The notes beneath the pieces are model-generated. The model was not told where the DNA came from. It saw only the letters and a program-made list of their open reading frames with translations, and did not search any database. Below are positions 1 to 16,248 of a DNA stretch of 64,000 nt, piece after piece. The stretch lies in the NCBI GenBank assembly GCA_012295275.1, contig CM022669.1:9610001-9674000 (forward strand), in the 5' to 3' direction. The translations under genes were made by a program, and so were the position numbers. Source of the stretch: Chrysomallon squamiferum. Its lineage: Eukaryota > Animalia > Mollusca. Positions within the stretch are counted from its first letter, which is position 1, and the number at the start of each line of letters is the position of its first letter.

Positions 1-391
1 CCAGATGGTATATTTCTTGAATAAAAAATCTATATTTTCGTTCGTGAAAAATCAGTGCTTTTCATAACCACACACATCCAGTTACATTTGAATATGCAAA
101 AACTAAAAAAAAAACGATATTGTTTATATATAAACACACACTCACACACACAGACACACACACACACACACAACACACACACACACACACATATACGTAT
201 TTAGGAACAAATATTCTGATTAGACTTTGCACATAGACAACATTCGGGAACGGACTGACACAGGAGAATGAAGTCCAATGACGACCTGACAAATGTCAGA
301 TGTCGCTGACGAGACTCGAACGTACAAAACCCATTAGCCAGCCCTCCAGTGGCGGACGACAAAAACATTCATTACAGTTGTTACTGTTTTT

Positions 392-428
<37 letters not shown>

Positions 429-2677
429 TGTTGTTGTTATTATATCATTATTGTATTTTTCAGCCGGATCTCTCGGACTGGAAAGCAGAGCGGAAGGACT
501 ATTGCCAAAGGAATTGTATCATCTCCTGTGTTTTATAGTTATCATAGCCATTCACGTGACATTTGTATGACTTTAACCAACATGTTTCAACCAACTGTAT
601 TCATTTCCCTGGATCTGAGTAGTCTGGCATGTTTTTCAGTCTGTTATCGGTTAAATTCCTGTGAATTTGGCAAAGAAAGTTAATTTTCTAGAAAATTTGA
701 TAAATTGGAGATAGGGCGGCTGTTCGAGATATAATCTGTGACTAAACATCGATAGTTGGAGGTATCGGAATATCGATCAGTAGTAGTTCGAGATAAGCAC
801 CGTGTTAATGTTCAGCATCAAACTATTCGTTCATTCCACTTTGAGTTAACTCAGGGTCAGTTAAAGACAGAAAACTGATGGATTCCGAATCAAGATTATT
901 ATTATTATTATTATTATTATTAGTAGTAGTATTAGTAGTAGTATCATTTATTTATTTTTTTAATTTTATTATTATTATTATTAATTTTTTTTTTCCTCTC
1001 AACATTACTCAACGGGCCCATTCAGCCAATCCGCACCATTTGTTATCATTTACAAATATGCACCCCTTCAAGTCATAAAAAACCTTCACAGACGCCACTA
1101 GTCACCGTCCAGTTACAAAGACGGAACGAAGCTCTGCGCCTACCTGACGAAATTGTTATGACATTTTACCAGATCTTCTCTTTTACGTTTTATAACCACC
1201 ACCACCACCACCCCGCCATTGCCGTCATTTTATGCAGTAGATTCGATTTGTACCGAATTCAGTCTGAGTCTGTGGCTGTAGGAATTAAACAACTGATACA
1301 AGGGTCCGAAATAGTTAAACAGATGAAATGAGTTTTTATTCTGTAGAAGAATAAACATAAGGAGAAACAAAACAAACGTAGCGAGTTCGTAGGCAATCAG
1401 CTGACACTTAAATCAGAACTTTTAACAAATCAGAAATTAATGTCAACGAAACATTGTTTAGTACAGCATGGACAAAAAATACGTTTCAACAACTAATAGC
1501 AAACTAGAAACCTACAAACAAACATGGACAAAAAAAGTATGTTAAATATGACGGATCGGTAAGGGAAAAAAAAAAAAAAAAACATCCGGATAAGAGAGAA
1601 AACAAAGTCAATAATACGACTGAACAGGTTAGAATGAATGCAAGAACGAGCGGAGATCGCGTATCATTACGTGAAAACCAGTAGAAGGGAAAGGATCTAC
1701 AGAAGACAACGAGACAATGGAGTAGTTGTCAGAAAACTGCGAAACAGCGAGAGCTGCATGATGATGATGAAACTGAAATTATTCAGTTTTTGTTTTTCTT
1801 CTAAAGTTTGTTATATATTTCACCAGTTTGTATATATTTTGTTTCTCTGTCATTTGTTTTTACGAAGGAAGTGGCATTTTTACGCATGCTGAATATTTGT
1901 AAAAGTTTTTATGTGACAGAAACAACAACAATGGTTATTCTACTAACAGCAAACAGTCTCATTACAATTCATAATGTTTGTAATTTTGATTGTGTAGAAA
2001 CAAACAGTCTGAATTCTAAAATAATACATACATTTATTTAATTTTCATTTCATAATCTGAAGCTACCTCCAAAAAGGCCGAACAGTCCAACAAACCAAAC
2101 CAGACTGAGCCGGACAGTCATGCTAGTAATTCGAGGATTATGCATCTTGTTTCAAGGCTCCCCTACTTCCGGATTCGTTTTCGGTTGTGTTAAATTGTGC
2201 TGAAAGCGGTTCGCTTTTATTCTGAACGAACTTATGTTTGACAGAAAAAAAAAGACCAAACGAGACATTTAAGAAAATAAATTATTCTGCAATCATTGAA
2301 ATGCTGTGGTGGGAAAAAAAGCAGTTTTTTTTTTTTTTTTTTACTTCTCTTTTTTTATACAAAAAAAAACCTGATAGTGCTAAAGTACTATCGATGTCAA
2401 AATGCAAATTGCTCTTTCACTCGTAAAAAGGAATGGCAGTTTATAAATACACGATCCGAGCACGTGATTTCGATGTGAATTCGCATCAAACAGATAGCGG
2501 ACAGAGAAACATTGTCGTAACAGGATCTAATCACAGGCGCATGGAAGGCTGAGTTCAAAATTAATATTGATTCACTATTGTCCGCAAGACACATTTCCTC
2601 CATACTGCCTCCATGTTTGTGTATTGTGAATGTTCACATCTCTGACCATCTGAAAGAGCACCAGACAGTTAGAGTGG

Positions 2678-2727
<50 letters not shown>

Positions 2728-3960
2728 ATTATTATGAAATTCTTTAAGTACTATGACAAGAGGCGCAGGAATTTAAAGATAATGGTGTTGCCGTTTTAGT
2801 GCCTTCTTTTCTTTCCATTCCTCTTTATTTTTAATTCTTCTTTTTCCTCATTTTTTTTTTTCCTCGTTTCACACAAAAGACACAAATTGCACAAAAGAAA
2901 TTAATCAGGGATGGAAAAGTCTTTAATACTTGAAGACAAAAAAAAAAAAAAAAAAAAAAAAAAGGACACTCTCGTCTTTTAACTCCCCCATTGACGTGTT
3001 CACATCATTAACCTCTTCACAACATCTGCTGTGTTGACAGTCCAGTTAGGACGACGGACAGAAGATGACTATGTAACAGATGAAACTTGATCAAATCAGA
3101 GTTTTCCAATCACATGTAAATAATTTCTCGTGTTACCATGCAAATTAAATCACATTGTAATTATACAGAAGATTATTTTATATTCAACAAAGAACAAGAG
3201 AAGAGAACTTGATCACCATTTCAAGGAAATATCACAATATTAAATGTTGAAACAACGTTGAATTATCAGTGAATTAAATTTAAAATAATTGAATTCATTT
3301 TGTACCAAAACAATGACGTATATTAGCAAAGGGAATTACTTAAAGAATAAAATAAAATAAAATAATAGCAAAAACTTTGTTTGTTTCACATGTTATAATT
3401 CGAATATAATATTTTTTTATCATCATTCTAAATACATGTATATGATTGGTGTAACAAAAAAAAAAAAAGAGAAGAAATTCTGGGGTTAAATGAGAAGACA
3501 CTTTTTAGAAAAAAAATATTAAAAAATGTCGAACCACGGTAATTGTACACCGTTTCGTAATATTACACTAATCTTCAGTTTTGTGTCGGTGTTTTGCAAG
3601 AAATATTTCTTTGTGTTTTATATCACTGTACATATAAATGTTGAATTCACTATGAAATAAAATATGTCTATAGTGGTTACTCAAACTGACTAAAAACATC
3701 TCACATAAACTGTGCTTTGTACACGCTGATCTTCGCTAATGAAAACAAAACGATACAATAAAATAATAATAAGAAGGGATAATATAATTATTCTCCGCGG
3801 ATTTCAATCAGGTGAAACATTTTGGAAACATCTTCAGCTACAACTGCTATTACGAATATTTCGATGAAAATCGACGAACATTTGAAATTTTATTTAATTA
3901 AATTAAATACGTTTTTCCTTTTTCAAAAGTAATAATAAGTTTATCTTTTGTTTTATTTGC

Positions 3961-4056
<96 letters not shown>

Positions 4057-6488
4057 ATGGAAGACATTCTAATTATTATTGATAATCATAGCCTAATGGT
4101 GTAACTCTTGATTTGTACATCATTTTTTATTTATTTTAAGAATTCTGTGAATCGTGTAAATAATCTCTCATGTTTATATTTTCAGTACATGATAATAACA
4201 GTGACCAGAACATGTACTGATATTAAAAGAGTTAATGATAAAAAAAACGACACTTCAAGTGTTATTGTTATTTATAATAATATTTATTATTATTATTATA
4301 TTATTTATTATTATTATTTTTTATAATAATATTTATTATTATTATTATTATTATTATTTTTATAATTATTATTATTATTTGTATGTTTGTTTTTTATAAA
4401 AACAGTTTTAAAAATCTACACAGAAGCATGTGTCAACTTAATGATAAAGGATCGATATATAATTAAGAAAAAAAAAAAATCCTCTCAAACTGAATTCAGT
4501 CGAAGCAAAACAACTTTCGGTATCTTTCAGACTGTTTCACGTGTCACTGAATTCTACTTTTATTTATTTGGTTTATAGTAAATCTCACTGACAAATAGCT
4601 TCGTTTCGGCGAACTGAAGGTTACTGTTGTAAGTACAGAATAAAACTAATAACACTTTTTTTTTTTTTTTTTTTTTCTTATCTGATATCTATGTTCAGTT
4701 TTCTTTCATTCTTTCATCCCGTATAGAAAAATAGTGTTCAGTCAAGCATATTTGCAAGAGAATTAATTTTCTTTCTAAGCTGCAGATCTCTGCCAATATA
4801 TGTTATCGGTAATTTTGCTCATTCACTCGATTGTCCGTCTTGTTTGTCGAAGTTCGAAAAATGGAAACAAATTTTTGAAAAAGTGCAAATATTCTCGAAT
4901 TTACAATGATTTGCATCCGTATGGGAGGTAGAGCGAAACAGCGCTGTTTGTTTTGGCCACGTCCTCTGATACATATACATATGTATACATATTCATCATA
5001 GAATTCTCTTGATTATAACATTATTTTTAGCTCTTGTCCAATCAACAAACTCGGTCTGCATCCCAGCATGTACAAACTGTGAATTTAACGTAAATTTAGT
5101 ATTATTCTGCATGTTGTTTGTGCCATTTCTAACACCTTTTGGAAAATCTCGTAACCTTTCTCTTCTTTTAGTTTGAATCCGCTGAATGGAATGTCGACTG
5201 TGTCGTTAATCAGTATATATATATATACTGATTAATAACACAGTATATTAGTAACACAGTTAAGAAGTTCAAATATATATACATACCATTTTTTCTACCA
5301 TTTTCATCACACATATACACCAAAAATGAAAATGGTAGAAAAATTGTTGTTTTGTTTTCCCGATGTCATCACTAATAAAATCTACAAAAGTGTGAAAATC
5401 ATGACTATCGATCTTTAGTCTCCATTAACAAGGCCGCAGTTTATCATGGACAGCTCAGCGTTTCAGTGTGCACCCTTATCTCAGTGGTCTTATTGATCTG
5501 TTTGTTTTCAGTTTGTCTCGGTCGGCTTTACTAATCATTCCATCTTCCATCGGACAGAAGTTAGGGATTAAACTGCGTCCTGTTCCTATTTGCTGGCTTA
5601 AAGAACAGTTTGAATTATTACACTTTCTTGCTGAGGCTGTACGAATGGATGAGGGATATCGAAGACAGGTCACTCGAATCTAAAACTTGAAATGTTTATT
5701 AGTATAACCATTACTCACTGACTTCTTGGTCTTTGGCCGCAGGCTTACAGGACGGAGTCGCTTTAAACGTTTTAGGAGGAAATTATACACAACGAAATGA
5801 GGTTTTGTACGAGTGACGCTGCGAACTGACATCCAGAAGGGTAATTTACAGTAACGGGGTGAGCCCCGACTTGGAATAATAAGGAGCTGAAATCTTACAG
5901 TTTATGCTGCCTGGTTAACACAGACTTTACTCAGTATTTTGATGTAAGCTTTTGTTTTACTGCTGGTTCAGATTGACGTAGGTCGTGTAAAACCAGATCC
6001 CATCTCTTTCGCATGTCAGCCTACTCAAATGAATCAACCGCTGATAAAGATTCTAGCTATAACTGCTGTAAACATAAAAGAAAAAAAAAAGAGAGAAAAA
6101 CTAAATTCTTCTTTTGGTTTGGGACAAAAGTTCATAGAGTGCATTAAGTGAAATTCAAAGGCAGCATTCAGATGTTTGTGCATAGATGTATTCCGTTACA
6201 TGCGCCGTTTTGTTCAAATTTGTCATCTGTCAGTGACGTGGGAAAGGAATATGTCAAGTTCAAAAAAGAAAAGGTAGACTAGGTATGAAGAACAAATGTA
6301 CTTACAGAATAAATCAACAGTATGGAAAGGAAGAATTAAAATGTTTATAGTATTATAATTATAAACCTTTCTGAAATGCATGTTTGAGTGTCGGTTTGTG
6401 ATACACTGATAGTGACAGACAATGTATTTATGTGCATGTTTATATTCAGGAAAATTATAAAATACGCATGTAAACATGTTCCAAAATT

Positions 6489-6528
<40 letters not shown>

Positions 6529-9501
6529 TAAAAATTTTAAATAAATAAATAAATAAATAAAATATCTAATCAAATGGCAATATATATATATAAAATATAC
6601 GTATAATAAAAGGCAGCCATAATGATAATCATGATGATTTGTTTTCGATCCATATCGACAAATCAGATGATTTTTGACATAATTTAAACAACGGTGTCAA
6701 CTGTTATTTTTTTATAACATTTTGCGCGAATAAAATTAAATATCTAACAAAGATGAATTTTTTTTTTGTCGAAGTGAGAGACGCTCATATATATATTTTT
6801 TTCTGAATAGTAAACTATTCCGTCTTCAACTAAGTTTATGTGAAAAACAATTAGCACACCTGATATATCTTGACCTGTTTCTTAGTTGCCATAAGCTGGT
6901 ATACCTTTTAATTGCTGAAATCCATAATAATTTTCAAAATACCAAATATTAATCGTTGCTTCGAAGACAAAAATCTACACTTGGCACATACTTTTAAATA
7001 TGTCATATCCTTATTAGAGTTACTTCCCTTACACCGCTAGTTCATAGTTTACATTGACGAATACAGTATAAAGAGCTTTTAATAAAGGATAATCTAACAA
7101 TTGTTTTTAAAGGAAGCCAGTGTATGTTTGCTATGATAACATGTTCGTTATTCAAGAATAACATTATCTTCCTATGACCTATACACTCACTAATGTCTTA
7201 AGGTGAACGCGCGCGTTTGCGTGCGTATGTGCGTGTTACAAAGGTATAATTAGGAAACAGAAAACACACAGAATTCACTTATAAACGAAATAAAACGTTC
7301 GTGATTGATTAGGAAATAAACTGAGAAGATTCGACTCTAAAAACCGTTACAAAAGAAATTCAGAGAGAGCCAGGAGGAGAGAAAGAAAGAACAAAAAAAA
7401 AAAAATAAATTAAAAAAAATTAATAAGATCATTTAAAACAATTCATTTGTACTCCGAGAGTTTGTGTTTTACTAAAGATTTATATAAAACGTTCAAGAAT
7501 AAATAACATCAAATAAAATAAAATACTAGAAATTTAAAATAATAAAGTCTAAATGCTTAACAAAAGTAAAAAATGTCAGCTTTAGTGTTGTAAATCAGGC
7601 ATAAGCAAATAGAAAAGCTGCAGATAATTATTGTCACTTCAAAGAAGAGTTAATTATAAATTAATATTTCAGTTTGTGTGTATGTCTGTGTGTGTGTGTC
7701 TCAGTTCTCTTCAAAAAGTTGATTTCTTTAACTGAAAGTAGCTAATTTAGAACCCATAGGGCGTGGTTGGCTGGTATCAGGATGGGGGCAGAGAACAGTG
7801 TTTGTGTTCAGGCTCAGTTTAACTGAAACTGCGGAAAGTTGTTGATAATATTTTAACACGAAAACTTGTGTTTATTGTTGTTACACTTTCCTTGTTTCTG
7901 TATTAATCGGATTAGCATCCTTACTGTAACGTTACTGTATCGATATGTCACTCTATTAAAAATTAACTTACTGTACGATATAATACGATATAAACACTAA
8001 GTATATCCTGAACACAAATATGCCTGCGTTGTCTAAAGATAATTTTCAAGTAAAAACACAGATTTACAACACTAAAGCTAACTTTGTTTTTACTTTTGTT
8101 AAGCATTCAGACTTTATTATTTTAAATTTCTAATATTTTATTTTATTTGATGTTATTTACTCTTGTACGTTTTATATAAATCTTTAGTAAAACACAAAAG
8201 TAGGCTCCTTTCCTTTTTGTTTGTCATTTGATGACAACATCTAAAAAAATAACAGTTATTATTTGTTTTGTCATATGTTGAAGTGTTTTATTTTCAGGTC
8301 CATTAAAAACGAATGCATGGTGTGTTTGAATATGTTGGTCTGCAGTATTACCATGGCCTTGGATTCGATGCAGTTTCTTTGAATTAACTGTTTTATTGTT
8401 GTGAACTGGGAAATTCCAAAAAAGACATTTTTCTACCTGTAATTATATGTAATAAACCTTTTTATATGAAATAACAAAACTGATAATGAAGGATAATAAT
8501 ATGATATACAATTTGTAAATTGGTAATAAAGGTATAGAGTGTGTTACGAAGCTTGAAGCTGATAATGCGAGACTTTAATGAGTTCTGTGAACTGTGGAAA
8601 ACAAAGTCAGGTTATGAGTTTTATTTGTACAGTTTTAATATACAAAGTGTAGAAACAATGAAATCCATATAGTGAAAACAAAACATGTAAATAAAAGGAA
8701 GCACAAATATTAACACATCACATTAATAATAAATAGGAATCATAGCACTATAATATATAATTAACGTTTTATCTTTGGTAACATGAACCAAGAACCTACA
8801 TACATTTTATAGAATTCCAAATTATTCTGAATTATGTTTGTTGTGATTTATTTTTAAAACTGTCGAAGCTAATAAATACATAAGACTGTAAGTGTGCATG
8901 ATGTCATTAGGTCTCTTTTCATGTATGTTGTTAGGGAAATGTTTAATTTTCCTTGAAATGAATGTATAACTTTTTTTTAAACTATTTATATGTGCAAACA
9001 GATTGGTGAATTTATATTAAAATTCATTAATTCATTAAAAAGATAATTAAATATGAGTATTTCCAAAAATTTGTAAATAATACAAGAAAAGCTTGCAAAT
9101 AAGAATTTCTAATTCAAAGTTTTAGTGTCTGATATTTCTAATTTCTCAAAACATTAAAAAATAATAATAATAATAATTTGGATATACAGAACTGTTTTGA
9201 TTTTTAGTGAAATGACACCATAGAAAATCTGGAGTATAACTTACTAACAACACAAGTAAAAAGTGAATATTGAAAACTGTTTTGTGAATACATATACTGG
9301 AAGAAAGTTTACAAAACACATGTTATCAGTGTGTTGTGGAAACATGATGCAGAGCTTGGTAAATTGTCGCACACACAAACAACAACAACAGAGAAGAAAA
9401 CGGCTGATCGCTTCCATTGTTGTCTAGTCGAGATCTCATGGCCACTGGACGTTTATACGTGTTCCCCAGCAAGACGTGTCTGAAAAATACCATCAAGCAT
9501 A

Positions 9502-9832
9502 TTAACTCACCAGACATTTGTAGAACAGCACAGTGTCGTGTCCTCGCTGTATCATCTGTTTTTGTATCAATCTGATCTAAACATGAAACCAGACACTGAA
9601 TTTTATACCTTTTACTCTTAGATTTTTCACATTCACAGCATTATTAACAGTGAATTTGATGATTTAGATAACTTAAAAAGCCATTCAAGCAGTTGATATG
9701 TTAAAATTAAGATCTGCTTTATGAATAAAGAATGCAAGTTGATTTTTAATATACAAGAAAATAAATAAATAATTAAGTTCTACTGCTACTACTACTACTG
9801 CTACTACTACTATTACTACTACTACTACTACA

Positions 9833-9921
<89 letters not shown>

Positions 9922-12147
9922 TAATAATAATAATAATAAATAAATAAATAAGTAAATAAATAAAAATCACAAATATACATCCAGGCGGATACATTTCACA
10001 GAAAACGATTTTACGTATTAATTTTTATAACATACCTGTAACTTTTTATCATTTCTGCGATGCCTTTTCCTACAGTGGTGGGATCATCAAAGTACTTCCG
10101 GTTATCTTCTGTTATCGCTACCACGTCGCGGTCGGGCAAACCAACTCGTGCCTGCCTCCTGGTCATTGTGTACAGCTACAACAACAGATAATATACACCA
10201 GTCAGTACTGTGGAGCCTTTGTCTCCCTCCTAGTTTAATACTACTACTATCATAAGCAGCAACAACAAGAACAATGCTACAGAAAACATGCTTACTATTC
10301 CGTTGTTTCTCGCGAAAACTATGATGAGTGTTTCGTTACACAAGCCATCCAGTCTGTATTTGGTCGAAAGCAACCAGGTGAACGTCCGAGCATTTAGCAG
10401 ATTGTTCACGATATTCGATGACAGGCTAGTTTTTTTTTTTTAAAAAAAAAAAAAAGAAAAAAAAAAGACAATATTTATTATTTTACGTAAAAATTCAAAT
10501 TCATTTTTGTATTTTACTTCTTAAAAAAATAAATAAATAAAAAAGAAAAACATTTTTTTTTTTTTTTTTTTTTTTTTATTTGCCAAAATATGTTAAATAG
10601 TAATTGTTTTGATGGTTCGTAAAGCTGTTAATGAATTTTCAAGAGAATAAAATCATCAAATACAATTTGTCCGATAGAGGAATCACGTAAATCTATTTAT
10701 GTGTATCTGCATTAACGATCACAGCAGTGCAATTATAATACATGGGCTCACTTGTAAATGGGTTTCATTTCTGCCATGATGGCTACTCGAATCTGATAGC
10801 CACGTTTATTTTGTAGACATTCGATACATTTACACCTTGTTGTTTTTAACACGTCCGTTATAAGACGATCGAGTTCGTCCGCTGTGAACAGAAAAAAAAA
10901 TGATAATTAAAACACAAACTGAAATAGCTTTTACAATTACTGACGTACAGATATAGAGAATATTAAAACAGTTTACATCTGTCTCAGACAGTTATCACTA
11001 AAACAATCACGCTCTTAAACGAAGAGCTAAAAATAAAAGAATTATACTAAATCAAAACTTGTCTCTACAGGGAACATTTAAAACATCTTCGTTCTTGATA
11101 GTGAGCATCAAAATTACAATTAGCCTCTGTTAAATCAAGAAGAGAAAAATGAAAACAAGAATAACCTGTTACGTACAGAATACTGGAAACAGTTCCTCTC
11201 CATCTTATTCTAATAAAACATTCAAAATCGTTTATCTCCGAGTTGTTTTACAGAAAATATACCGAGCTTCGTCTTATTATCACAAATAAATATATTCAAA
11301 AGACGATATCTGTTACATGTACATACAAATGTAAACAGCGTAAAATGCCATTAACTTTCATTTTAATCAAATTAAACTGTCTGTAATTACAAAAAAAAAA
11401 TAACCTTCATTTTAAACTGTGTCTATAATTACAAAATTAAAAACATTTGTCTGTAATTACAAAAAAAAAATAACCTTCATTTTAAATTGTGTTTTAAATT
11501 ATTACAAAAAAAATAAATAAACTGTGTCTATAATTTTAAATAATTTTAAACTGTGTCTAAATAATTTTACTGTGTCTGTAAATAAAAAACAAATAACCTT
11601 CATTTTAAACTGTGTTTATAAGTGTCATTTTAAACAGTGTCTGTAATTATAAAAAATAAATAACCTTCATTTTAAACTGTGTCTATAATTATAAAAATAT
11701 TTAACCTTCATTTTAAACTGTGTCTATAATTACAAAAACAAATAACCTTCATTTTAAACTGTGTCTGTAATTATAAAAACTAAATAACCTTCATTTTAAA
11801 CTGTGTCTATAATTATAAAAATATTTAACCTTCAAAATATTTAACCTTCATTTTCAACTGTGTCTATAATTATAAAAAAATAAATAACCTTCATTTTAAA
11901 CTGTGTCTGTAATTATAAAAAATAAATAACCTTCCACTTTGGTAATGATGTTGTTCGGATCGCATACAGATGACGTATTTTCTCGTCCACACGCAAAGAA
12001 ATTCCATCTAGGGTCTGGATAATTCTCGAAAGACCAGACTGACGGGTTGGGAGTGGTGTAATATAAACTCTGACAGTGTGTCTGTGACAGCCACGCTGTC
12101 ACCATCAGCAGAACAGAAGACACCGTACGCCACGTAATGTCGTACAT
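9502..12147 (-). CDS. Secreted TPM-domain / MOLO-1-like protein (~228 aa, 5 coding exons)
   Basis: Exons 12147-11931, 10881-10752, 10425-10296 and 10175-10036 have GT-AG sites and consistent phases (1,2,0,2). The last exon is probably 9571-9502 (uncertain). Signal peptide, then W..ENYPDPR....ACGR...SSVCDPNNII...EADELD, then IRVAIMAEM, CNETLIIVFARNNGILYTMT and GIAEMIKSYR, matching the MOLO-1/TPM pattern. A probable 5'UTR exon ends at the donor at 14531-14536, with the next exon starting at 12252. Confidence 0.8.
11370..11935. repeat. ~42-bp minisatellite derived from the exon/intron junction of the MOLO-1-like gene
   Basis: Unit like aataaataaccttcattttaaactgtgtctgtaattataaaa. On the minus strand it contains AAG|GTTATTT, identical to the real donor at 11930. 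Confidence 0.9.
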
Positions 12148-12476
12148 TCTTCACCTGTCTTTGTTTTTTTTTTATCTTCAAATACTGGAGAGCGCTGATG
12201 TTTTAAATACAACAACACAAGCAAAACGCTGGCCTGTTTTGCTGATGTGAGCCTGCAAAAGTAATTCAGAAGTTTTAATACAGAAGTTTGTTGAATACGT
12301 TATGAGTATTTTTAGTAAAGTTTAATAGCACAGACCTTTAAAAGTAAGAGCGGTATGTTTCTGGAACAGTGTGCTATTTCATAAACTGTTATAGATATGT
12401 ACAGCCTTATTGTAATTTTTGTGTCTACCTGTCTATCAGTCTTTCTACACCCACACAAACACACACATACATACAT

Positions 12477-14045
<1,569 letters not shown>

Positions 14046-14393
14046 TTTGGAATAGAGAAGTATAAACAGCAGCCCTATCCTTGATTGTTAATTCGCAGTT
14101 CTTCTGACTGGCTTTTCTTTCTCTTCATCTTAACAGACGCAGAAACAGTTACTAAGTCTGTTTTATCAACACACACAGTCTGCACACAGTTATATGCCTT
14201 ACAGATGTACATTACAGATTTGGCATTCACTAGTTTATGCGGGTTGAGGATAATTGTTACCATGTTTCCGAAAGGTAACGCCATACACCTGTTTTGGGCG
14301 CATGGAGTTTACGTTAATAAAGTGTTTATAGTTAAAGGTAGCATGAGTTCGATATAGACATGCGTTATCATCATCATCATCAGTATTATTATG

Positions 14394-14440
<47 letters not shown>

Positions 14441-16248
14441 AAAGAAATACAGTGAAATAATGAATGTAGTTAAAGATAGATACAAACATCTGACTTGAAG
14501 CTAAAATTAGAAGAAACTGTTTAGCAATGTACTTACCCTCTTATCTGTACAAAAACCCACCGTGACCTTGTTATTGTTCTATGAATAAACTGTTTTGATA
14601 TAAGACAGACACAAGTAACGTCTCTGCGCACTCTACACCTTGTTCTAGATGTTATAATCAAGTAATTAAAAATATATATTCCTTATTACAAGCGCCCACT
14701 GCTTATAACCTGTTTCCTCAGCCGACCTCGATCTGGTTTGTACAGAAACCTAACAAGGAAAGCGATGCCGCAAGTCATTCCATACAGTTAGCAACAGACA
14801 CTCGCATTCTACAACTCCAGTGCACTTCCTCAAAAGTGAGGGGCGGATATTAGATTTCTTTTTCGAGGAATGTTAGAAAATACTAAACGTCTGAGCATAA
14901 AATAACAAAACAAAAAAATAGTGTAAATTAATACTTCTGTGTTGAAAGAATTATACGCATATTCTGAATCTGTTATAATAACAAATTCATATTTATGTGC
15001 GTGTGTTAATATTAAATTCCATTTCATTTAATGGCAGCAGTAATAATAAAATAATAACAGTAATCATAATAATAATAATAATAGTTGTATTTGAACAAAG
15101 TGAAAAAGAATATTTGAACTTGAGTTACTAATAAGGAAAAGGGATATGTGATATTTTAAACATTTGTTAGCATGATCAGTTAAAGAGACACGTGTTACTT
15201 TAAATATTTGTAAACTAAAAAGTTAAAGATGCGTGTTTTTTAAACATTTGTTAGCACAATCAGATACATAGATTATTTATTTACTTCAAACATTTGTTAA
15301 CTAAATCATATCAGAGATCAGAGTTTGATAATTTCACGTTAAAACATCGCATTCATTTAATGAACATTCACTAAATGTTGTATTTTATAAATATGGTGCT
15401 ATTTTAGAATCTAAATGCCAAAAACACATCGTGTATTTAAAAATAATAATAATAATAATAGAAATGAAATATTTTCGACAAATAAGAAGTTAATTTATTA
15501 ATGTCAAATTAAACCGGTTCCCCATAAGGAATGACAAAAAATGCGTCAAGCTTGGAGCGCACCAAATTCTGTTTCTTGCCTACATTTGGTGGCTTTAGAG
15601 AGTCCAAAATAAACGATCAGTATAAAAATAAAATGGTAGTATTGTAATATTATAGCATTTAATTTTAATAATCTGAATAGGTGTACTGTGGTTAGAAATA
15701 TTAGAATTTCAGGAATAAGACATCACAGTGCTAACTGAAACAAGTTCATCATTCTAATATGAGTATTGTTTGATGAGTTAAGTAAAACAATAAAAAGAAC
15801 ACATATTGTCATGATTTGTATTTATTATATTGTTTAGTTATTAAATGCAGTACACTATACCTAAACACAAAGTATTAATACAATGAGAACAGTGATATGG
15901 ATAAATAACACATATATTATACTGTTCACCAAGCCTGTATGTAAGGGATTTCACAACAATAAAAATGGGAATCGTAAACTTGATAAATTTGTGGTAACCT
16001 ATAGGTTACCAGGTCCTATTTTGTGGTAACCTCTAAATGGGTTACCAGACACGATCCTTATTTCGATGCCTGATCAAGTGTTTGCTGTAGTTCAACATAA
16101 CAGTAAGAGTCTCAGAAAAATAGGGTGGAATTTACTGTACCGAATCAGTAAAGCAGACTGTGAAAGTGTGTTCCTGTGATAGAAGGAAAACGAGAACAAA
16201 ATGGGTACAAAAATCACGCTAAGGGTGTCCACACTGAATCAGTGGGCC

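Noticed and set aside
640-810. Repeated ttcgagata motifs resembling a Tc1/pogo-type MITE end
   Set aside because: Too degenerate; no matching pair of terminal inverted repeats or target-site duplication could be defined.
5468-5683. 71-aa and 65-aa ORFs in non-repetitive sequence
   Set aside because: Non-ATG starts, no recognisable domain, and no consistent coding exon boundaries.
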